From assembly GCA_038208765.1 (NCBI GenBank), contig JBBQYK010000001.1, positions 1 to 45,622 of the forward strand: DNA of 45,622 bases, written 5' to 3'. Shown here in pieces: positions 1 through 7,800 of this stretch. Numbering within the stretch: position 1 is the stretch's first letter; the number at the start of each line of letters is the position of its first letter. This DNA is from Verrucomicrobiota bacterium (GTDB lineage Bacteria; Verrucomicrobiota; Verrucomicrobiia; Limisphaerales; SIBH01). A program made the position numbers and the translations under genes. Below the pieces are notes generated by a model. That model did not search any database. It had not been told where the DNA came from and saw nothing but the letters and a program-made list of their open reading frames with translations.

Positions 1-1
1 C

Positions 2-838
2 GGTTCTCAAATCCCGGTGCTCATCTCGGTCCGTCCCCTGGCCAAACATGGTTCCAAAATCGTGACCGTCGGCATGGTGGTGACGGACATGACCGAGGCG
101 CGGCGCACCGAGGAAATGCTGCGCGAGTTGTCGCACCGGCTGGTGAAGGCACAGGAAGCCGAGCGCGGGCGCGTGGCGCTGGAATTGCATGACCACATCA
201 CGCAGTTGCTCTGCGCCATCCTGGTCCGCAGCCAGGCGCTGGCTAATGAACTTCCGGCGCGCGCCGGAGCCTCGCGGGCCGGATTGATAAAGCTCCGCGA
301 GATGCTCGGCCAGACGGTGGATGAAGTACAGCGCATCGGAACCAATCTGCGGCCCAGCGTCCTGGACCATCTGGGTCTGGTGCCCGTCCTGCGCACGACG
401 TGCGCGGAGTTCGCGGAACGCACCGGCGTGTCGGCCACGGTGAGTTGCGTGGAGCTGACCGTGCGGCTGCCCGCCGAAGCCGAACTGGCCTTCTACCGCA
501 TCCTCCAGGAAGCCTTGAAAAATGTGGAGCGGCACGCCCTCGCCCGCCACGTCACCGTGGGCCTGACGCAGCGGCGTGGCCTCGTGCAGTTGGTGATCCA
601 CGACGATGGGGTTGGCTTCGACCCGGCGCGTCATCCGGCCGGACGAAAAGGGAAAGAAAATTTTGGCCTGCTTAACATGCGCGAGCGGGTGGCCTATGTG
701 GGCGGCGAACTGCGCCTCAAATCCCCGCCGGGCCAGGGCACCAGGATCGAAGTGGAGATTTCGTTCCGTGACGGCACGGTGAAGAGCAACCCGGCCCGCC
801 CGGCGGGCGGGACGCCCGCGCTCCACTTGAACCAATAA
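2..838 (+). CDS. Sensor histidine kinase, C-terminal part (HisKA_3 + HATPase_c, NarX/LiaS type); the 5' end lies upstream of the window
   Basis: The frame is open from nt 2. It shows the end of a PAS-like segment (VTDMTEARRTEE), the H-box ELHDHITQLL, and ATPase boxes (EALKNVERHA, DDGVGF, GLLNMRERV, PGQGT). The stop is at 836-838, 13 nt before a NarL-type regulator gene. Confidence 0.85.
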   Translation, partial: GSQIPVLISVRPLAKHGSKIVTVGMVVTDMTEARRTEEMLRELSHRLVKAQEAERGRVALELHDHITQLLCAILVRSQALANELPARAGASRAGLIKLREMLGQTVDEVQRIGTNLRPSVLDHLGLVPVLRTTCAEFAERTGVSATVSCVELTVRLPAEAELAFYRILQEALKNVERHALARHVTVGLTQRRGLVQLVIHDDGVGFDPARHPAGRKGKENFGLLNMRERVAYVGGELRLKSPPGQGTRIEVEISFRDGTVKSNPARPAGGTPALHLNQ

Positions 839-851
839 TCAACATACGAAC

Positions 852-1529
852 ATGAAAAAAATAACCGTCCTGATGGCTGAAGATCATTTGATCGTTCGCG
901 AAGGATTTCGCGGGCTGCTGAAAGGCGAGTCCGACCTTCAAATCGTCGGCGAAGCCGAGACCGGACGCCAGGCCGTGCAACTCGCGAAGAAGCTCCGCCC
1001 CAACGTGGTCGTCATGGACATCGCCATGCCGCAGCTCAACGGACTGGAAGCCGCGCGCCAGATCATGAAGGCCCTGCCCGCCACCCGCATCATCATGCTC
1101 TCCGCGCACAGCGACGACGCCTATGTCGAGCAGGCCACGGCGGCGGGGGCCGTGGGCTACCTGATCAAACAAACTTCCTCGCACGATCTCTGCCAGGCCA
1201 TCCGTGAAGTTCACCAGGGGAAAACTTTCTACAGCCCGGCCATTGGCAAACAGCTCAAGCATCAGTACGAGAAAACGCCGCAGCCGAACGGCCTGAGCAA
1301 GAAACGCAGCGCCAAACTCAGCGCGCGCGAGATGGAAGTGTGGCAGCTCATCGCCGAAGGCAAGGCCAACAAGGAGGCCGCCGTCGAACTCGGCATCAGC
1401 ATCAAGACCGTGGAGAAACACCGCCAGCACCTGATGGAGAAGCTGGACATCCACGACACCGCCGGACTGACTCGCCAGGCCATCGCCGCCGGCATCATCG
1501 AGAGCAGCGTGCAGTTGACCATTGTGTAA
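852..1529 (+). CDS. NarL/FixJ-family response regulator (receiver + LuxR-type HTH)
   Basis: Receiver residues are present: ED (AEDH), the phospho-acceptor in VVMDIAMP, MLSAH and LIKQ. The C-terminal LuxR HTH reads LSAREMEVWQLIAEGKANKEAAVELGISIKTVEKHRQHLMEKL. Confidence 0.92.
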   Translation: MKKITVLMAEDHLIVREGFRGLLKGESDLQIVGEAETGRQAVQLAKKLRPNVVVMDIAMPQLNGLEAARQIMKALPATRIIMLSAHSDDAYVEQATAAGAVGYLIKQTSSHDLCQAIREVHQGKTFYSPAIGKQLKHQYEKTPQPNGLSKKRSAKLSAREMEVWQLIAEGKANKEAAVELGISIKTVEKHRQHLMEKLDIHDTAGLTRQAIAAGIIESSVQLTIV

Positions 1530-1675
1530 GCGCGGGTCAGGCCGCTTCAACATCCCGTGAGGTCACGGGTGTGATTAGAAGAAGTGGCGGTCACTGACCA
1601 AACCCGCCGGCCCCCAGCGTGCGGATTTCGGTGTCCCGGCCTGATTCAATGCTGGAGTTGACGCTCGCCCCCATT

Positions 1676-1693
1676 GGGTGAACACCCCATAGC
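1676..1693 (+). promoter_or_regulatory. GGGTGAACACCCCATAGC box, copy 1 (function unproven)
   Basis: Intergenic. Ends 33 nt before ATG 1727. Same orientation as the downstream gene. Confidence 0.5.
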
Positions 1694-1726
1694 TCCCGCC
1701 CCGCGTTCCGGGCTATTTCTTGTGCC

Positions 1727-2209
1727 ATGAAGGAAAACATGATGGGGCCGGAGAGGGAATCATTCGACGCAACATTCGCCCACGAGGCGAGTCCACCGTT
1801 GCGCATTCTCGTGGTGGATGATGATGATGATATCCGCCGTCTCAACGCCGAAATGCTGCTGCGCTCCGGCTACGAAGTGGATGCCGCCGAGGATGGCGAT
1901 GCGGCCTGGGATGCGCTCAGCACCGACGGCTATGATCTGGTGATCACCGACAACAACATGCCGAAGGTGACCGGCGTGGAGTTGCTCCAGAAGCTGCGGG
2001 CCGCCCGCATGAACCTGCCGGTCATCATGGCGACAGGCTCCGTGCCCCAACCGGCCGTCAACCAAGCTCCCTGGCTCCAACCCACCGCCCTGTTGGTCAA
2101 GCCTTACACCGTGGATGAATTGCTGCGCACGGTGCAGCAGGTCTTGCGCGCCAATGCTGGGGCTGGCGAGACCGCGCCCACCCAACGAGCCGCCGCGGCA
2201 CGGGGGTGA
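1727..2209 (+). CDS. Single-domain CheY-like response regulator
   Basis: ILVVDDDDD, DLVITDNNMPKVTG, VIMATGS and LLVKPY give a canonical receiver with no output domain. ATGs at 1739/1742 are alternative starts. Confidence 0.85.
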   Translation: MKENMMGPERESFDATFAHEASPPLRILVVDDDDDIRRLNAEMLLRSGYEVDAAEDGDAAWDALSTDGYDLVITDNNMPKVTGVELLQKLRAARMNLPVIMATGSVPQPAVNQAPWLQPTALLVKPYTVDELLRTVQQVLRANAGAGETAPTQRAAAARG

Positions 2210-2221
2210 ACACCCCATAGC
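2203..2221 (+). promoter_or_regulatory. GGGGTGAACACCCCATAGC box, copy 2
   Basis: Contains the TGA stop (2207-2209) of the preceding receiver gene. Flanked by the inverted repeat CGGCACG/CGTGCCG. Ends 31 nt before ATG 2253. Confidence 0.5.
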
Positions 2222-2252
2222 GTGCCGCGCGGTCGTGAACCATTCTCGTGCG

Positions 2253-2456
2253 ATGAAGAAGGATCGCACGCCTTCCCCAAAGCTTGACCAGCCCGTCCGG
2301 CGTGAAACCTCCGCGCTCACGCCCGGGCAGATGGATGAGCTGGCCAGCCACATTTTTTGGGGCGACGGCCGCGAGGCCGAGAGCGTGAGCGAGCATTGGC
2401 CGGAGGCGCACGTGCGGTTGCTCGCCGGCCGGCCCGCCAATCGGACGGCCTTGTGA
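2253..2456 (+). CDS. Hypothetical small protein (67 aa)
   Basis: ATG-initiated ORF with high third-position GC like neighbouring genes, preceded by box copy 2. No recognisable domain. Confidence 0.35.
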   Translation: MKKDRTPSPKLDQPVRRETSALTPGQMDELASHIFWGDGREAESVSEHWPEAHVRLLAGRPANRTAL

Positions 2457-2638
2457 AGGACCGTCACAAAAAGAAACCACTGTTCTTCGGCGACTGCATG
2501 ATGCGGGTGGAGGACGTGTGCGGTGACCGGCTCGCGTCCATCGTGGTGCAGCTTGCGGTCCATCGCCGCGCCTTGACTTTTCGTGAACAACAACGCTTCA
2601 TCGTTCTGTAAGAACCGGGCATCGCCAGGGAAAAAATT

Positions 2639-3112
2639 ATGACCAAGCTATCTCAAACCTACCGCTTCACTCCGCCCGCCGCGTCGCCGCTCTGCCCCTT
2701 GAACCGCTCGGCGCGCATCCTCGTGTTGGACAAAAGCGAGGTTCTGCGGGGGATCTGCGTGGAGCTGCTGGCCGAGCGCGGCTACGAGGTGGACGCCGCC
2801 GCCGATGGCCAAGCGGGCTGGGAAGCGCTGCTGGCCCGGCCGTATGACCTGCTCATCACCGAGCACGACCTGCCGAGGCTGAACGGACTGGAGCTGATCA
2901 AGAAGGTGTGCGCTTCCAGCCTGACGCTCCCGATCATCATTGCGTCCGGCTCACTTTCGTCCGGCGAATTGCGAAGGCATCCGGCCATCCAGATTGCCGC
3001 CGCGCTGCCCAAGCCTTTCTCGCCGAGGGAATTTGTCCAAACCGTGCAGGAGGTGCTCGGCGACGAGAGCCGGCTGAGTTTGACGCACCACCAGGATCTG
3101 CTCAGCGCATGA
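2639..3112 (+). CDS. CheY-like receiver-domain protein with non-canonical active site (Glu at the phospho-acceptor position)
   Basis: Paralogous to 1727..2209 (GYEVDAAADGQAGWEAL vs GYEVDAAEDGDAAWDAL). It has LDKSE instead of the acidic pair, and DLLITEHDLP instead of DLVITDNNMP. The conserved S (IIASGS) and K (LPKPF) are kept. Confidence 0.8.
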   Translation: MTKLSQTYRFTPPAASPLCPLNRSARILVLDKSEVLRGICVELLAERGYEVDAAADGQAGWEALLARPYDLLITEHDLPRLNGLELIKKVCASSLTLPIIIASGSLSSGELRRHPAIQIAAALPKPFSPREFVQTVQEVLGDESRLSLTHHQDLLSA

Positions 3113-3285
3113 AACAAATATTTTCCGCCCTGCGCCGCGCCTTGAAAAAGCTCGGCGAACTGCCGCTCTCCAAATCCACGCTCGCCCGTCGCGCCTCGTT
3201 GCAAAGCGAGGCGCAGGCCCGCGAAACCAGCGCGGCCGAGCGTCTCGACCGCCTGCGCAACCCGCGCGACTATCAGGGCCGATGA
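3109..3285 (+). CDS. Hypothetical small basic protein (58 aa), start overlaps the stop of the receiver gene (ATGA)
   Basis: ATG 3109-3111 overlaps TGA 3110-3112. Third-position GC is high. No recognisable domain. Confidence 0.4.
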   Translation: MKQIFSALRRALKKLGELPLSKSTLARRASLQSEAQARETSAAERLDRLRNPRDYQGR

Positions 3286-3336
3286 ACGCGGCCGGCCGGC
3301 CAGCCGGAGGTCCGCCGGCCCATTCCCTCCCGCCGT

Positions 3337-3355
3337 GGGGTGACCACCCCATAGC
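3337..3355 (+). promoter_or_regulatory. GGGGTGACCACCCCATAGC box, copy 3
   Basis: Intergenic. Ends 36 nt before ATG 3392. Confidence 0.5.
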
Positions 3356-3391
3356 CTCGGCCCTTCCTCCGGCGCATGGTGCCGAGCCATC

Positions 3392-3925
3392 ATGGGCAAG
3401 AATGTTCAACCCACCGGCTTGAAGGAATGCAAGACGCGGCTGGCCCGGGCCGAAACCCGCACCGCGGAGGCCGAGACGCGTACCGAGCAGGCCAAGACCC
3501 GCGCCGAGTCGGCGGAGGCGCGGACCGAGCAGGCCGAAACCCGGACGGAGTCGGCGAAGCAACGCACGGAGCAGGCCGAAACGCGGACCGAACAAGCCGA
3601 GACGCGCACGGAGCGCGCCGAGGCGATGTTGCATCGCTTGCAGCACCATGAAATGGACGTGAGCGGGACCAACCTCAAGAACATCACCGATCCGCGTCTC
3701 GCCATTTCGAAAAGTTCGCTCGAACAACTGACCGGCCGGCAGCGGGAAATTCTCCAGTTGATTGCCGAGGGCCAGAATACCAAGAGCATCGCCGAGGTGC
3801 TCAAGGTCAGCCCCAAGACCGTGGAGTATCATCGCATGAAACTGATGGCGGGTTTGAACCTGCATGACATTCCCGGACTGGTGCGCTTCGCCCTGCGCGT
3901 CGGATTGATTCCGCAAGAAGGCTGA
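3392..3925 (+). CDS. LuxR-family HTH protein with an N-terminal heptad-repeat (coiled-coil-like) region and no receiver domain
   Basis: C-terminal LTGRQREILQLIAEGQNTKSIAEVLKVSPKTVEYHRMKLM is a LuxR/GerE-type HTH. The N-terminus holds nine AETRTEQ-like heptads. Confidence 0.8.
   Translation: MGKNVQPTGLKECKTRLARAETRTAEAETRTEQAKTRAESAEARTEQAETRTESAKQRTEQAETRTEQAETRTERAEAMLHRLQHHEMDVSGTNLKNITDPRLAISKSSLEQLTGRQREILQLIAEGQNTKSIAEVLKVSPKTVEYHRMKLMAGLNLHDIPGLVRFALRVGLIPQEG
3443..3631 (+). repeat. Nine tandem 21-nt (heptad) coding repeats
   Basis: The heptads are ARAETRT, AEAETRT, EQAKTRA, ESAEART, EQAETRT, ESAKQRT, EQAETRT, EQAETRT and ERAEAML. The DNA unit is approximately GAGCAGGCCGAAACGCGGACC. 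Confidence 0.8.
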
Positions 3926-3943
3926 TGGACGCAGCCTAAGCAG

Positions 3944-4663
3944 TCAGCGCAGGAATTCGCGCAGGCGGTAGAAACGCTTCGTGAAGTTCGCCGCGTTCGG
4001 ATCGGTCATTTCCAGCGCGTGGGCGGACCGAATGGGCACCACAGCAATAGCCGTCCAACCGAGCAAATCTTCTGACGCCTCGACGAAAAAGAACCGGCCC
4101 GCCGCCCCTTGCACGCTCAGGATCATCTGTCCGCCGGGCGTGAGACGGGTCTGTATCCTGGGGCCTCTGGGCACGCTGGGCACGTAACTCACCTCGGCGG
4201 AAAATCCGCTCTCCAGTCCACCCGCATCGTAGGCCGTGATGACAAAGAAATAGGCCACGCCTTCCGTCAGTCCCGTCATCGTCCGGCTCGTCACGAGGCC
4301 CGCCACCACGCTCCCGGAATAATTTCCGCTCGCGGTGCCGAAATAGACGCGGTAGCCGGCCACTGCATCGGAGACGGGGTTGCTGTCCCACATCAACGTC
4401 ACGCTGTGCGTGGCGGGCGGCGGCGCGCTGAACACCAACGTGGGCAGGAGGAGCAGCGGGAGGAACACGGTTCCGGCCAGTCCTTTCGTGAGCCTCGCGA
4501 GACGCGAAGAACGGCCGGACACTCCGTGGGCGGCAGCCTTTTCTGCTTGGGAATTTTGGGGCACCAGGAACGGTATGGCCCGCCCCGTGCGCCCGCGACT
4601 AGGGTGATCCTTGCCAAGGGCTGGGAGAAACCTTGGGGCCGGGTGCATGGAAAAAGTTTGCAA
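3944..4663 (-). CDS. Secreted fibronectin type III domain protein
   Basis: Hydrophobic signal-like segment GTVFLPLLLLPTLVFSAPPP. FN3 signature VTLMWDSNP...VAGYRVYFGT...LTEGVAYFFVITAYD. The C-terminal beta-rich domain ends in RFYRLREF. The true start is uncertain and may be internal. Confidence 0.75.
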   Translation of the reverse strand: MQTFSMHPAPRFLPALGKDHPSRGRTGRAIPFLVPQNSQAEKAAAHGVSGRSSRLARLTKGLAGTVFLPLLLLPTLVFSAPPPATHSVTLMWDSNPVSDAVAGYRVYFGTASGNYSGSVVAGLVTSRTMTGLTEGVAYFFVITAYDAGGLESGFSAEVSYVPSVPRGPRIQTRLTPGGQMILSVQGAAGRFFFVEASEDLLGWTAIAVVPIRSAHALEMTDPNAANFTKRFYRLREFLR

Positions 4664-4681
4664 CGGTTGAGTTCATCGGAT

Positions 4682-4699
4682 GGGGTGAGAACCCCATAT
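4682..4699 (+). promoter_or_regulatory. GGGGTGAGAACCCCATAT box, copy 4
   Basis: Lies in the divergent intergenic region, in + orientation, 129 nt before ATG 4829 of the giant gene. Confidence 0.45.
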
Positions 4700-4828
4700 C
4701 TCACGCTGAAAGTTGTGCCTATGGTCTCGCTGCTTAAAAACGACAACGGCTTTTAAGATCAGGGATCAACCAAATGCTCGACCCGACGTGCGTGTGGTGC
4801 GGTGCCGGATCACAAAGCCAACACAACC

Positions 4829-7800
4829 ATGAAAACTCCGACTCGAAATCAGAAATCAAACTCGCATCCTCAATCTTTCCACGCCCGCCGTCCCCATCGC
4901 TTCAGGTGTCTTCACGTGCCGATGCTGCTCCTGGCTTTGGCCCTCCTGATTTTTGGACCGACCCGGACCAACGCCCAGGGCATTCCGCCGGGCTGCTCGG
5001 GCAGCGCCATCGGCATCAGTCTGTTCACCTCCGCGCCGGACGTGCATATCGGCGACACGCTGACCTACAGCGTCAGCGTGTTCAACGGCATCATCGGCAA
5101 TCCCACCTCGTGCGACGCGTCGAACATCACGGCCTCCCTCACCACGCCCGATGGCGTCGTTCATCCCATCGTCTTGCGGCGGACCTATCTGATGCACGGC
5201 CAGTCTGATTTCTATTCCAACGTCGTCAGCTACGTGGCGCGCGCCCAGGATGTGCGCCCGGACGGCACGCTGCGCGCGACCGCCGAGGACACAGCCACGA
5301 TTTTCCAGAACGACACGCCGAGCACGGGCGGCGCGAACCAGGGTGTGAACACCGAGGTCAGCCTGCCCTGCATCCAGCTCTTCGTGCAGTGCGTCCCCAG
5401 CGTCGGAGAAAACGGAGCCATCGTTTTCAACGGCACGATCACGAATTGCGGCAACAACACGCTGGTCGGCGTTACGGTGACGAATTACGTCAACGGCGGC
5501 GCGTTCCCGGTTTTCTTCCCGACGAACCTCCTGCGCGGGCAGAGCGTGAGTTTCACCGGCAGTTATGTCCCTGACGATCCGTGCCAGCCCAGCACCGCGA
5601 CGCTCGTGGCCACCGGCCGCGATCAGTTCACCGCCAATCCGCGCACGGTCATTTCCACCAACCTCACCACCTGCTCCGCCGTGATCACGCGCGGCATCCG
5701 GGTCACCAAGACCTGTCCCGTCGGCCCGACCGCTCCGGGGGCCTTGCTTACTTTCTCCGGCAGCGTGAGCAACACCGGCAACATCACGATCTCGAACGTG
5801 GTCGTGGTCAACAATCAGCCCGCGCCCAACACGCCGGTCTTTACCCGTGCTTCGCTCGCGCCGGGTGAAGTGGCCAACTTCACCGGCAGTTACATCGCTC
5901 CGACCAATTGCTCGGTCACCGACACGCTGACCGCCACCGCCACCGGCTCTTGTGGCGTGCCGGTTTCAAGCACGGCCTCCGCGACTTGCGCCCTCACCAC
6001 CGCGCCCGCGATCACGGTCACCGAAGTTTGCCCGATCACGCCCGGCGTTTCCGGCGGCAGTTCGAGCTACGGCGGCGTGGTTCGCAATTCCGGCAACATC
6101 ACTTTGAACAACGTCGTGGTGGTCAGCGACCGCCCGGCTCCGAACACCGTCGTGCTGACGGTGGCGTCGCTCGCGCCCGGCGCGTCCGCCAATTACTCGG
6201 CGAACTTCACCGTGCCGCTCAATGTCTGCTCGGTCACGACGTCCGTGCGGGCCACGGGCAACGACAGTTGCACCGGCACCGCGGTCACCAACACCGCCAC
6301 GGCCACCTGCCCCATCACGACGGCTCCGGCGATTGCGGTCACGCTCGCCTGTCCCGCCACCCAATCGACCAACGGCGGCTTGATCACCTACACCGGCACG
6401 GTGCGGAACTCCGGCAATGTCACGCTGAACAACATCGTGGTGACGGCGCCGCAATCCTCGCCCTCCACGGTTTTCACCACGCCCAGTCTCGCTCCGGGAG
6501 CGTCCGCCAATTTCACGGCCAGCTTCACCGCGCCGACCAGCAATTGCTCGGTCAGCAGCACGGTGATCGCCACCGGCAGCGACAATTGCACGAGCGCGTC
6601 GGTGACCAACACCGCCTCGGCCACCTGCACGCTGGCCACGAATCCGCGCCTCATCGTCACGCAACTTTGCTCGGCCAGTCCCGTCAGCCCCGGCGGCGTG
6701 CTCGCCTACAGCGGCACGGTCAGCAACGCCGGCAACGTCACCGTGACGAACATCGTGGTGACGAATGATCGCACTGGAACCACGCCCGTCTTCACGACGG
6801 CGCAATTGCTCCCCGGCGCGACCACCAACTTCAACGGCAGCTACACCGTCCCCGCGAATGCCGACTGCTCCATCACTTCCACGCTGACCGCGCGCGGCAA
6901 CGACCTTTGCTCCGGCAGCGTCGTGACCCATGCCGCCTCCGCGACGTGCTCCATCACCGGCACGCCGTTGATCAACGTCACGTTGAACTGCCCGGCCAAC
7001 TCGGTCGTGACCGGCAATTCGATCACCTTCTCCGGCACGGTCAGCAATCCCGGCAACGTCACGCTCGTCAACGTGACGGTCGTGAACAACCAGGCCTCGC
7101 CGAGCACGGTCCTGACCGTGGCGACGCTCGCGCCGGGCGCGTCCGCTAATTTTAACGCCACCTTCTTCTCGCCGGCCAACGCCTGTTCCGTGAGCAGCAC
7201 GGTGACGGCCCGCGGCAGCAACACTTGCGCGGGTGTGTTCGCGACCGCGAGTGCGTCCGCGACCTGCACCCTCCTGACCTCGCCGGCGCTCGTCGTCCGG
7301 CAGAATTGTCCGGTGACTCCCGTGAGCGCGGGTGGCGTGCTCGCCTACAGCGGCAGCGTCAGCAACGCCGGCAACCTCACGCTCACCAACGTGAACGTGA
7401 TCAACAATCAGACGGGCACGAACATCATTTACACGGCGGTGACGTTGCTCCCCGGCGCGGTCAGCAATTTCACCGGCAGCTACACGGTTCCGGCCGGAAC
7501 GCTCTGCACCATCTCGTCCACGGCGACGGCGACCGGCCGGGAAATTTGCGCGGGCAACACGTTGACCAATACGGCGACGGCCACCTGCACCCTGGCCACG
7601 GCTCCGGCGATTGCGGTCACGTTGAACTGTCCGGTGAATCCGGTGGCACCCGGCGGAACGGTTTCTTACACGGGCAATGTTCTCAATTCCGGCAACGTCA
7701 CGCTGAACAACGTGACGGTCGTGAACAACCAGGCTTCACCCAGCACGGTCTTGACCGTGGCGAGTCTCGCGCCGGGCGCTTCCGCCAGTTTCACGGCGAG

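Noticed and set aside
2951-3916. 321-aa minus-strand ORF
   Set aside because: It is antisense to the receiver gene, the 58-aa ORF and the LuxR-heptad gene. Its repetitive GLLGPRL segments are simply the complement of the AETRTEQ repeats.
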